Source: a virus
IMG/VR virus record: IMGVR_UViG_3300042516_004811
Coordinates: 64,001-128,000 of that record
Length of the DNA stretch: 64,000 nucleotides
Reading direction: 5' to 3' (one strand)
Of the stretch, positions 17,907-27,216 are shown one piece after another (positions within the stretch are counted from its first letter, which is position 1; every line of letters starts with the position of its first letter). The notes beneath the pieces were generated by a model, which worked only from the letters and a program-made list of their open reading frames with translations, was not told the DNA's origin and did not search any database. Position numbers and translations under genes: made by a program.

Positions 17907-18401
17907 TTAACTTCTCGCATTCCTTCCGGCAGTCTCTGCTGCTTCTGTATTTCTAACAAACTGTTCGCCTCTACGGCTGCCAAGAATTTTTTTACGATTT
18001 GTGGCTCTTCGTTGTGCTGGGGTAAGCCTAGACCATGCCTTAGCAGGGAGGTATCTCCTCGTCCCACCTTTTCTGATAGCTGGCTTATTATCTGATGTCG
18101 TCCATCTTTCTTTTGTCCACTTTTTTAGCGAACGCTGATTCTTTCCCAGCTTGCCCCTGTATCCGCCACCAGCTTTTCTGTATTCCATTGCGAGCATCTG
18201 TGCTTTTCTGGCTGACCATTGCCCTGGTTTGCCACCTTTAGACCCAGCCATAATTCTTTTTTTCAGACGTTCACGCAATTCTGGCTTTGTGTATGTCATG
18301 TTTGCGGCTTTAACCAGAATTTCTGGAGCTTCATTAACGAACGAGTCGATACTTTCCTCAACCCATGCCGCTGATTCGCCTACTGATTTAAATTCTCTCA
18401 T
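17907..18401 (-). CDS. DUF5872-like basic protein
   Basis: YTKPELRERLK...GGKPGQWSARKAQ...YRKAGGGY...SLKKWTKERW...RYLPAKAW. Confidence 0.75.
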   Translation of the reverse strand: MREFKSVGESAAWVEESIDSFVNEAPEILVKAANMTYTKPELRERLKKRIMAGSKGGKPGQWSARKAQMLAMEYRKAGGGYRGKLGKNQRSLKKWTKERWTTSDNKPAIRKGGTRRYLPAKAWSRLTPAQRRATNRKKILGSRRGEQFVRNTEAAETAGRNARS

Positions 18402-18422
18402 TTGTATTTCCTCTGTATTTTA

Positions 18423-21400
18423 CTAAGCCGACCACGGTGCTTCGCCGGGTTCCAGACCAAGCATTCGATAAACATCATCTAGCAGTTTTTTATTGATTGC
18501 CTGATTCTTGACATCTGGATTTGGATGAAAGAATGCACTGAATCCCTCGGCAATCATCTCCCTGCCGTTTGTGTGGGCATACGTTGTTAGTGTTCTTGGT
18601 ATTGATGGAGTCGCCTCTAGGGGCATTCCGTCCCTGTGAGCTTTGCCAATCAACTCATCAACTTCGGCATTTTCATACATTTCAGCAATTCTTATAACAA
18701 GTGGCATTCTAGAGCTAGGTACTTGTTCTCCGCCGTACTTGACTCCGGTAACTGATTTCGCCGTGCGCTCATTTTCGCGCAGTGCTCTTTTCTGAAGCCA
18801 ATGGCCATACTCGTGAGAAAGCGTAGATGATGCTGCTATGTCAATATTTGCCCTTCCCGGTCTAACAACGTGATTGGCATCTGCAATCAATGGGGATGTC
18901 TCAAAGTCTGGGTCATTTGACATCTGGTCAACAATCAGTTTTCTATTGAATGAAATAAGGTCTTTGCCAGTGAATTGTATACCCCTAACGAACGGCTCAC
19001 TTTTTAAACCACGAGACTGCATTATTTGTTCTCTTTTAGCCTTTAGCGCTGGCTGATTCTCATAAAGCGATGCACCTTCTGGCGTAAGCATCACAAACAT
19101 GGGGGCACCAAAGTTCTCAAATGCCCACTTCAGTGACGGGCTGGCCTCAAGAGAAGACTCAACAAGTTCTCTAATCTTTTCAGTCGATTCTTCTGAGTAG
19201 TCGCCCTTAATCCACGGACTCCTCTTCATTGACTCAATCAAGTTGTTTTTAAATGCATCCACAAAGCCTGGATTTTCACCATCTCGGGCAGGGAAGTAAT
19301 CATCAAGCAGCATTTCTATGTACTGTTCATGGGATTCGGGAACAACAAGCTCTGCAATCTGTTTTGAGCTTAAGCCTTTTAGCCATGTTGAACTATTTCT
19401 AATAAATCGTTCCTCACCGCCAGGTTTGCTATCTCCGTATTTACGTGCTTTTGTCTTGGTTGCCCCAGATGAAAGTTTGTCTCCATCGGACTCATTGGCT
19501 AACGCGTCAAGGTAAGACTTCTTGTCTTCTTCAAATTTTGCTACTTTTTCGTCAAATTCTTTTTTACGCTTCTCCACAAACTCGCGTCGCGTATCTGGCT
19601 TTATTGCGTCAGCTGTCCAGCCATTTTCTATGGCCCTAGCAATGAGGTTCTCCATAACCATGGCTGCCGCTTCAGCATCAGCGTCGGCTGTGTGGTGCTT
19701 GTCACCAAGCTCGACATCCAGGTATTCCGTTATGGCCTTAAGACTGCTGGATGCACGTCTTTCTCCGTCGCGGCCGACCATTGATGGCCCATCTTGGTTT
19801 TCTGGCGTCCACTTTGGCAAGGTCATGGCGGACATGTCCATGGTGTCGATGTACCCAGTTGGTTGCCAATCTATGCCGTTTTCCTTGAGTTCATCTTCGA
19901 GAACGTTTTTATCGAAAGCTGCATTCTGGAGGCCAAGTATTGCACCAGCTCCAGCAAACTCAGCAAATTGTCTATGAGCGTCAGATAAAGACATCTGAGT
20001 AGATAGCCATTCGTCAGTAAGGTTCTCACCACCTGGACCACGGAGATACTGTCTCGACCATTCGCCAAGTGGTTCGCCTGGATTTATAAATACATTAAAT
20101 CGGTCAACTATTTTGCCATCTCTTACTTTGACGGCACCAAGCTGAACCGGTTTGCCATTTGCCGAGCTTTTGCCAAACTCATCAAAAACTAACCCAGTTG
20201 TTTCATAGTCAATCCATACAACATCTCGGCCACGGTACTTTTCTGCGAATTCTTGCCAGTCTTTAACTCCATCGAAATATTCTTCCGCTCCGCCAATAAG
20301 TGGACCGTATGCCGGTGGACGTGGATACTGTGGAGCTTTGCCGCTAAAAAGAACCTCACTTCTACCAGTGTCAGAACCGAGCTTCCCAGAATTTGAATTT
20401 AGCAAATCTTCATATTCGTCTCGGCGCATCGAGTAGCCGGTTTCCTTTAATCCGTGCCATTTTGAATTATTGCCGAGTCGCGCTATTGAGTTTTCGCTCA
20501 TTTCACCAAGCCAGTTGGCACCAATGAAAGAGCCAGATAAATTTGTGCCCTTGTCAATTTGCTCAATTGAACCACTCGGTGTATTTGCGTGAAGCTCAAC
20601 ATTTGCGCCTAGTTCTGAGGCAATCTTTAGAATTGCACTTGTTTCGGTTTTATTCCCGTACTCACCCGCAGTGAATATGTGTTTTGCACCCATTTCCCTG
20701 AGAGTTTGTGACACAAGGGAGTCGACGTCTTCCGTATCTGGATTTTCTAAAACTTTTATGGATTTCTTTGGAAGCCTCAATGGTTCATTGGGTGGTGGAA
20801 CGAGCCCAACATCTACAGGATTTAAGGCATCAATGGAGCCGGGATTCATTTCAAGAACGTCTGAAAGCTTGGATACTATGATGTACCTGTTTTCGCCCTC
20901 GTCGTTTCTCTGCCTCATAAGATGGCCGCCGGCAAGGTGGTTCATTGCAAAATGAATTGTTTCCCTATCGTATGTTGCATCCTGGCCATCTAGATTCTTG
21001 AGAACCCAATCACCAAGAGGCCTAAGCATCAAATTGCCATCTTCGTCGAATTCCGGTTCATATTTGGTTTCATGAACTAGATATAAATCATCAATCGAGA
21101 GGTTGTCGAGACCGGCTCTTTTTAGGTCCTGCTGAACATCTTCTCTGTTGTATGACTGAAGATATGTCGCAGCTCTTTCTTCTTTTGCCTTATCTGCAGC
21201 AGCTTTTCCCACTTTGGCAAATTCATCGAATATGCTCATTGCCTCGGAGTCACCGCGCGACCCAGCATATAGAAGTGCCTCTATGTATGTAGGTTCTTCG
21301 TCGCCGGCAACTTCTGCTGACGATTTCGCATAAGCCCACTTTTTTGCTATTTCTTGCCCCTCTTTGGAGTCTGCTGGCAATCCTGAAATAACATAAGGGT

Positions 21401-22055
21401 TCATGGGTACGATTTTTGCATCACCGTCGTAGTAACCGGGGTCATCGGCCATTGATGCAGGACGTTCTGGTATGCCGAAGATAACCTTCTCGTCACCGAT
21501 TGACCATTCACGGTATTCCTGACGTAGAAATGAATCAGACTCACTTGGCTTTTTTGCGACCGAAAATCCGCCATCACGCATACCAATAATTCCCTTGTTG
21601 GGAGAGGTGCTAAGTGAGCCATCTTTCAGGTTTCTGTCTATCTCTTCGACTACTGGACGCTCGCGAAGTTTTCCACTGGAAAGAAATATTGACTCTATTT
21701 CGCGGCTTGACTTAGGGGCGTTTGGTTTTACGTTGGGATTTTTTCTATTCCCATTAGGTACCCCAGGGCTGTTCCCATTCCCGCTCGGGACCCCCATCCA
21801 TCTGGGGTTCGTGGTTCCTTCATCAACCCAGCCATCGCCGTCGATGTCTCTCGTTGTTCCCGTTGGGCGGCGTTTTCCTGGCTTGCCCCCAGTGGGTAGG
21901 TCAACATTGTTGTTTCGACCCCTATTTCTTCCAATTGATGGTCTATCTATTGCGCGACCAAGGAGTCGACGGCCAATTGACTTCTCCTCATGACCTGCAC
22001 GCTTTCCACGACGTGACTCATCAAAGGGAATAGGGAATTCTTTATTCTCAGACAT
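18423..22055 (-). CDS. 1210-aa polyvalent protein: N-terminal DxDxDG module, unknown domain shared with the 2070-aa protein, DEDDh 3'-5' exonuclease, zincin metallopeptidase
   Basis: WIDYETTG / QNAAFD / HTADAD (DnaQ-like); HEYGH...YAHTNGREMIAEGF; LSSG at domain borders. Confidence 0.8.
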   Translation of the reverse strand: MSENKEFPIPFDESRRGKRAGHEEKSIGRRLLGRAIDRPSIGRNRGRNNNVDLPTGGKPGKRRPTGTTRDIDGDGWVDEGTTNPRWMGVPSGNGNSPGVPNGNRKNPNVKPNAPKSSREIESIFLSSGKLRERPVVEEIDRNLKDGSLSTSPNKGIIGMRDGGFSVAKKPSESDSFLRQEYREWSIGDEKVIFGIPERPASMADDPGYYDGDAKIVPMNPYVISGLPADSKEGQEIAKKWAYAKSSAEVAGDEEPTYIEALLYAGSRGDSEAMSIFDEFAKVGKAAADKAKEERAATYLQSYNREDVQQDLKRAGLDNLSIDDLYLVHETKYEPEFDEDGNLMLRPLGDWVLKNLDGQDATYDRETIHFAMNHLAGGHLMRQRNDEGENRYIIVSKLSDVLEMNPGSIDALNPVDVGLVPPPNEPLRLPKKSIKVLENPDTEDVDSLVSQTLREMGAKHIFTAGEYGNKTETSAILKIASELGANVELHANTPSGSIEQIDKGTNLSGSFIGANWLGEMSENSIARLGNNSKWHGLKETGYSMRRDEYEDLLNSNSGKLGSDTGRSEVLFSGKAPQYPRPPAYGPLIGGAEEYFDGVKDWQEFAEKYRGRDVVWIDYETTGLVFDEFGKSSANGKPVQLGAVKVRDGKIVDRFNVFINPGEPLGEWSRQYLRGPGGENLTDEWLSTQMSLSDAHRQFAEFAGAGAILGLQNAAFDKNVLEDELKENGIDWQPTGYIDTMDMSAMTLPKWTPENQDGPSMVGRDGERRASSSLKAITEYLDVELGDKHHTADADAEAAAMVMENLIARAIENGWTADAIKPDTRREFVEKRKKEFDEKVAKFEEDKKSYLDALANESDGDKLSSGATKTKARKYGDSKPGGEERFIRNSSTWLKGLSSKQIAELVVPESHEQYIEMLLDDYFPARDGENPGFVDAFKNNLIESMKRSPWIKGDYSEESTEKIRELVESSLEASPSLKWAFENFGAPMFVMLTPEGASLYENQPALKAKREQIMQSRGLKSEPFVRGIQFTGKDLISFNRKLIVDQMSNDPDFETSPLIADANHVVRPGRANIDIAASSTLSHEYGHWLQKRALRENERTAKSVTGVKYGGEQVPSSRMPLVIRIAEMYENAEVDELIGKAHRDGMPLEATPSIPRTLTTYAHTNGREMIAEGFSAFFHPNPDVKNQAINKKLLDDVYRMLGLEPGEAPWSA

Positions 22056-22108
22056 TCAAAGCAATAATACCATTGCTTTGGTGCTCAATAAATTTAGGTA
22101 ATTTAGTG

Positions 22109-22432
22109 CTATAACCTTTGACGGCAGCGGGTGCAAACCTTTTTGCCGCCGGCCCATGGATAGAAGCGGATGAGGTCAATCGGGTGAGGGCAGTCAAGGA
22201 CATTTGAGGCTGACTCATTCAATGCCTTACGAATCCATGCAGAGAGTGTCATTGCTTCTTTTTCAGCTGCGCTTTTCCAGCGCTCTCTTTCTGCTTCATT
22301 TGTCCGTATGAGGACCTGCTTGTCGGCTGGCCCCTCTTCGTCAATATTGCTTGTAGCAATGGTCGGCTCAATAGATTCCGCAACCTTGTCCATTGCTGCG
22401 CGAATATTTGAATGTTCTGGGTTATTGCTCAT
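22109..22432 (-). CDS. ribbon-helix-helix-like protein with C-terminal zinc finger
   Basis: QVLIRT...ERWKSAAEKEAMTLSAWIRKALN; CPH...CTRC. Confidence 0.55.
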   Translation of the reverse strand: MSNNPEHSNIRAAMDKVAESIEPTIATSNIDEEGPADKQVLIRTNEAERERWKSAAEKEAMTLSAWIRKALNESASNVLDCPHPIDLIRFYPWAGGKKVCTRCRQRL

Positions 22433-23096
22433 CGCCGTCCTCGTCTTCATCATAACCTATCTCAAGATACTCGTCCGTAGCGGAACCTTCTATCCCAACT
22501 ATTTCGGCATCAATAATCTCTGCTTGGTCAGCACCCAGGAGAGACTTAATCGTGCCCTCTGGCAGAACGCCAGCAATGGCCATGAGTTCCAGAAGTTTCT
22601 TTGCTTCAGATTCGGCATCGAATCCCGTGGCTGGTTTATTCAGTCCTGGCTGTCCAGCGATAACTGCACGTATTGCTGAACTATTTGTATCCACATTGAC
22701 ATTCAAGTTCGTCTGTTCCATGCCAAGAAGTTTTGTTCTTCTATCCATAATAGAAAGAACCTGCTGTATTGCTTTTAGGTCTGGTTCAACTTGCATTTCT
22801 GTTCCGTCATCCATCTGGACTCTTCGGTGCTGTGTCATTGGCCAGATTGCCTGCTGGAGGTTGTCCAATCTTTCTAGCTCCATTCGAAGAACCTCTGGAT
22901 AAGCAAGGATGGTTTCGCGATTCATCTTTTCTAGCTGTCTCTGAATTGACCTAGAGACAGAACTGGTCGACATACCAAATCTTCTGGCTATTTCGTTTAC
23001 GGACGTGCCGGCCTGACGCATCTTAAAAATGCGCATATCCCTCTCATTGAGGAATTCTTTCGTTTGTATTGGTTTTGGCTTGTTGTCTTCGCTCAT
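22422..23096 (-). CDS. HTH protein, probable terminase small subunit-like
   Basis: N-terminal HTH (SVNEIARRFGMSTSSV); ELERLD...AIQQVLSIMDRRTKLLG resembles actinophage TerS-like proteins. Confidence 0.55.
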   Translation of the reverse strand: MSEDNKPKPIQTKEFLNERDMRIFKMRQAGTSVNEIARRFGMSTSSVSRSIQRQLEKMNRETILAYPEVLRMELERLDNLQQAIWPMTQHRRVQMDDGTEMQVEPDLKAIQQVLSIMDRRTKLLGMEQTNLNVNVDTNSSAIRAVIAGQPGLNKPATGFDAESEAKKLLELMAIAGVLPEGTIKSLLGADQAEIIDAEIVGIEGSATDEYLEIGYDEDEDGDEQ

Positions 23097-24928
23097 TTGT
23101 CTTTGCCGACCGTCATGAATTCGAGCACCTCGAATGGGAAAGTCTTTCCCCTCTTCATTTTAGTCGGCCATTGACGCTCGTCACGGGCACCTCGGAAATG
23201 TCTAACATCGTAGACGTAATCACCGAGAGCCATTGGGTCTGGCTGCAGCGAGATACCGAATTCGGGCCACCTGGACCATACGGCAGAACCAAATGGTCTT
23301 AAATCTCTGCTTGACATACTTGTACCCAATGGTGCGTGATGCTCAATCCATAGGGCACATCTGTACACAGTCCTGATTGTGTCAAGATATTTGGCGACCT
23401 CAATAGCAATTGATTCCGATGTTCTCCCACCTGGGTCTAGGAATGCTTTGTATAGAGGTCCTATAACAAGGAGCTCTGGCCTCACCTCATCCAGTGCTTC
23501 TTCCAGTATTGCCCTATCTGCGGCCTTGAGTAGGTCCATTCCCGATGGCTTGGTCAGCAGGTGAGCGTCAAGTCTGGATGTGCGTGCCATTCCCATGGCT
23601 CTCTCCGCTATTCCGCGAGATGTTCTACGAATAATTCTGTCTGGGTTTTCTAGGTCAACAGTAAGTGTTTTAATTCTTGGCATCGGCTGGAAAGAAAAAG
23701 GATGAATGCCGGCAGAACAAAGAATCCCAACTTGTCGTGCGAGCATTGTTTTACCAACACCCTCTGCGGCAACAACAATAACCCTTTCGGAACGCTCCAG
23801 CAGACCAGGGATTACCCACTCATACTTTTCACCAGTTGTCTCCTGGAGGAAGTCATTCCAGTGAACGAGCCTTCCTGTGTCGAGAACGAAAGAAACAGTA
23901 GCCGTCGAAAGAATTAGATTGCTCTTTAAAATCTTCTGCTTTATATCGATATCATCTCTTTGCAGAAGTTCTTGCAGCTTGTGTAATGCCTGCTCTTCTG
24001 GTGAAAGTTCTTCTACCTCTATTACTTCATCTATGAGTGGGGTGGTGCTAGACGATTCTTCGCTAAAGCTTTCCATATACTCAAGGTCATCGATTCCTAG
24101 GCCGGCGGAAAGATGGTCCGTAATGTCTTTGTGCTTGGGTGTATACCAAACCTGCGCACTACACCCAGCGTTGGTTAATTCATCAAGCACCTGTTGTGCG
24201 TGCTTCTTGCCCGCTTCATCATTGTCAGCAATGATTTCTACTGTTGCCCCCGCTAGGGCTTCTGTGTGGATATCCATCCAGCTACCAGCACCATTAGGCA
24301 TAGTGGTTGCGATAATCCCAACATCAATGAGGGTGTTGGCATCCTTCTCGCCCTCAACAACCCAGATAGGGAAGCCTTGCTGCTTTGCCGTCAATACTGC
24401 TGGGAGATTATAAAGAGGTCGAGGTATGTCGCCAAGCGAGTACTCCCATCCACCAGCGCCATCAGGCTTCCTTTGCCTAAAGGTTTTCTTGCCATTCTCA
24501 TCCACGTAGCGCAGTTTCTGAAAAAGTAAAACACCGTTCTCGTCCAGGTAGTCGTATGACTCAACAAACTTTGGTTTAGATTGCGGCAGGATATTCAGAT
24601 TTTTTTCTGTTTTTTCTGGTTGCTTGAGAGTGCGGATTGGTGCTGGCGCTTTACTGCCGAATCTATCGATAGAAAAGCTTTCAGAACTCGGTGGCATAAG
24701 GTCTGCTGGTTTGAGACTAACAGCATCACAAATCTGCTCAAAGTTGCAGCCAGAACCACGGTGACAAGTTACAAGAACACGACCGTCGTTACCCTCAGAG
24801 ATTGAAAGCGATGGGTTGTCGTCATCACTTCTGCAGGGGCAACTAGAAACCCAACCCTTGCCAGACTTTCTTACATTTTGAAGTCTGCTAAGGAAGTTCT
24901 CTGTTTGTTCTGATGGGTGATTACTCAT
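23093..24928 (-). CDS. primase-helicase (Zn-binding + TOPRIM + RecA-like AAA_25 ATPase)
   Basis: CPC...DDNPSLS...CH; VVEGEKDA, IADNDEAG; AEGVGKT Walker A. Confidence 0.88.
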   Translation of the reverse strand: MSNHPSEQTENFLSRLQNVRKSGKGWVSSCPCRSDDDNPSLSISEGNDGRVLVTCHRGSGCNFEQICDAVSLKPADLMPPSSESFSIDRFGSKAPAPIRTLKQPEKTEKNLNILPQSKPKFVESYDYLDENGVLLFQKLRYVDENGKKTFRQRKPDGAGGWEYSLGDIPRPLYNLPAVLTAKQQGFPIWVVEGEKDANTLIDVGIIATTMPNGAGSWMDIHTEALAGATVEIIADNDEAGKKHAQQVLDELTNAGCSAQVWYTPKHKDITDHLSAGLGIDDLEYMESFSEESSSTTPLIDEVIEVEELSPEEQALHKLQELLQRDDIDIKQKILKSNLILSTATVSFVLDTGRLVHWNDFLQETTGEKYEWVIPGLLERSERVIVVAAEGVGKTMLARQVGILCSAGIHPFSFQPMPRIKTLTVDLENPDRIIRRTSRGIAERAMGMARTSRLDAHLLTKPSGMDLLKAADRAILEEALDEVRPELLVIGPLYKAFLDPGGRTSESIAIEVAKYLDTIRTVYRCALWIEHHAPLGTSMSSRDLRPFGSAVWSRWPEFGISLQPDPMALGDYVYDVRHFRGARDERQWPTKMKRGKTFPFEVLEFMTVGKDK

Positions 24929-25289
24929 CCCTCAAGGCCACCTGTTCACGCGAGACCATGATAAAGGGCTCACGAGGAACCATTTGAATTTTGAGAAGTC
25001 GTCTAATGGCGTTCCGTTCACGCTCAGTCTTTCCTCCCCATATTCCATGCCCCTCATGATATAACGCATAACTGAGGCATTCAAGTTTTTTGATACAGCC
25101 GAGACAAATCCTCTTCGCCGCTTTCCCATCCTCAATAGCCTTTTTGTAATTCTCTGAGTAGTTGCCTTCATCACTACGAGATGCGTGCGGATACCACATT
25201 CTTGGGTCATGACCCTTGCATGCGCCATCTCGCGGGGGCTCATCGATTCTTGTAATCCTGTTTATTCCGTGGATTACTTCTTCGTACAT
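24921..25289 (-). CDS. whiB: WhiB-family transcriptional regulator
   Basis: GAC...AKRICLGC...EC...GIWGGKTERER four-Cys WhiB signature. Confidence 0.9.
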   Translation of the reverse strand: MYEEVIHGINRITRIDEPPRDGACKGHDPRMWYPHASRSDEGNYSENYKKAIEDGKAAKRICLGCIKKLECLSYALYHEGHGIWGGKTERERNAIRRLLKIQMVPREPFIMVSREQVALRDE

Positions 25290-25325
25290 TGCCCCTCCAT
25301 GTTCAGTTCAACCTGTTTGTGAATG

Positions 25326-25736
25326 CTACCTGCTGTCAACAATCCTTGCTACATCTCGTGCAGATAAGTAAATAGTTGCGCTCCTGATAATCAGTTCGCC
25401 AGCAATATCTTCTGAGGCAATATCTACAGCATCAAGTGGGACACCGAGTCTCTGTGCTATTGCGGCTCTCGATGATTCTATTTTTAATTCTTGGTCGGCA
25501 AGATTTGGCTCGTAGGCAACAAGTATCCCAGGGCGTGAAAGCGCCTTTATCTCTTGTTCTTTTTGTTCAGCCTTGGGACACCACGTGCACGCAAGTTCTG
25601 GCGTTGAAGCCGCACGTTTGCGCTCCTCGACGTGACCACAGGAGAGAAAGTGTCTGTAGATGACGTTACCCCAAGAACCAGCTCTCTCAATTTTTGTGAC
25701 AGACCGTCTTGGAGCTTTTCTTCGCTCCGTGGTCAT
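25326..25736 (-). CDS. hypothetical protein with zinc-ribbon motif
   Basis: LSCGH...CTWC. Confidence 0.6.
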   Translation of the reverse strand: MTTERRKAPRRSVTKIERAGSWGNVIYRHFLSCGHVEERKRAASTPELACTWCPKAEQKEQEIKALSRPGILVAYEPNLADQELKIESSRAAIAQRLGVPLDAVDIASEDIAGELIIRSATIYLSARDVARIVDSR

Positions 25737-25744
25737 GTATTTTT

Positions 25745-26050
25745 TTAGCGACCGAAGAGTCGGCTAAACAGTGAGCGCTTTTTTGCTGGCTTCGCTGGGG
25801 TGGTTTGTTCAATCATCTTATTTTGAATGATGTTATTTTGAATGATTGGCTTGCTGTGTGTCACGGGAGCAATGGAAGCCTCAAAAGAAACGTTTTCCAC
25901 CGTCTTGGGGGTTGCTGAAGTTTTGGATGCTGCAGCCTTCTTTGCCGGAGCAGCCTTCTTTGCCGGAGCAGCCTTCTTTACTGGGGCTTTTTTCTGTGCA
26001 GCTTTCTTTGGGGCTGCTGTCTTTTTTGCTGGTTTTTTGTCATTGGCCAT
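25745..26050 (-). CDS. histone H1-like Lys/Ala/Pro-rich protein
   Basis: KKPAKKTAAPKKAAQKKAPVKKAAPAKKAAPAKK. Confidence 0.7.
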   Translation of the reverse strand: MANDKKPAKKTAAPKKAAQKKAPVKKAAPAKKAAPAKKAAASKTSATPKTVENVSFEASIAPVTHSKPIIQNNIIQNKMIEQTTPAKPAKKRSLFSRLFGR

Positions 26051-26146
26051 GCCGGAAATACTAATACACAAGAGTGCTGTTGTCTGCAAATATTCGTCGA
26101 TTAAGTATTTACGGAAAAATTTTAAAAGGGGATTTAGTATCTTTCT

Positions 26147-26788
26147 GTGCAGGAGTACGTCAGTGAAATAAGTAAGATGGCCCTCGCCCTAACATCTGGA
26201 CAGATGGCCAAGGATGAGGCTGTCAAGGAACACGGTGTTGGCGAGGAGCTGGCTGTCCATTTTTTAGGATGGGTGGGAGACAGTTTGGGGCTGATTTGCC
26301 AGATGGGAGAATCCCTCTCCAAGAGCGACAAAGAGGACCGATTTGCCGCGTCCATGAACCTATGTAGCATCCTTAGGCAGTATTGGTGGATTACGGCGAT
26401 AACCATGGTTTCTGAGGGCTACTGCTCCCTGGACAGGGCGGCCACTGGGGACACCGACCTTGCCGAGGCCTTCGTGGACCCAACAAAACCAGTCATGGAG
26501 TGCCTCACCGTCATGCACGCCGGACTAGATGATGGTGGAAGGATTAGTCCAGTGTCAATGGTTGCCGCACCATACAGGATGGGTGTTGGGAAAAACGTAA
26601 TGTGGAACGACATTTTGGTTTATCCAGAAAAGGCCGACTCCCACATCAAGAACGCCAAATACCCAACCATGATTCGCAGGTCACTCATGGTGCAGCCAGT
26701 AGAAGAGGTTACGTCGGCCCACTTGGTGCAAGTCAGGGATGAAATAAATGAAATCGGCTTTCTAATGCAAGAATTTTTTGACGTATAA
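26147..26788 (+). CDS. hypothetical protein
   Basis: 213-aa ORF. Confidence 0.65.
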   Translation: MQEYVSEISKMALALTSGQMAKDEAVKEHGVGEELAVHFLGWVGDSLGLICQMGESLSKSDKEDRFAASMNLCSILRQYWWITAITMVSEGYCSLDRAATGDTDLAEAFVDPTKPVMECLTVMHAGLDDGGRISPVSMVAAPYRMGVGKNVMWNDILVYPEKADSHIKNAKYPTMIRRSLMVQPVEEVTSAHLVQVRDEINEIGFLMQEFFDV

Positions 26789-27125
26789 TTTATTGACTAT
26801 GGGAGCATTCTACGATAGCCCTGCCTTTGGGGGGGAGGAATCCGAGTCTGGGGAGATTCATGGCATCCCGTATTTGAGGGCGGCTAGGAAGCCATGTCTT
26901 GTTTGTGGTCACCCAACTGGTGACTGCACCGGGGATTCTGGTCCGCCAGAAACTATTTGGGGGTTCAATACAAATTCAACCCTGGATAAAAAACTGACTT
27001 TTTATGTTGAAGAAGATTATTACGAAGAGCGTCAAATTGCGCCCGGTTTAGTGACGCGGATACTTATCCACAAGAAGGGGAAACACATACCCCTTGAGGA
27101 AGCAAAAAATCTAGGACTCATTTAA
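26778..27125 (+). CDS. hypothetical protein (CxxCGH motif)
   Basis: CLVCGHPTGDC. Confidence 0.6.
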   Translation: MTYNLLTMGAFYDSPAFGGEESESGEIHGIPYLRAARKPCLVCGHPTGDCTGDSGPPETIWGFNTNSTLDKKLTFYVEEDYYEERQIAPGLVTRILIHKKGKHIPLEEAKNLGLI

Positions 27126-27216
27126 AAATTACTATAGTCCCTCGACTTTTTCACTATTCATTCTTGCGCTACACTCGGTGTTCCACTGTTGAACACCTAG
27201 CAAGCGAAAGATAAAA

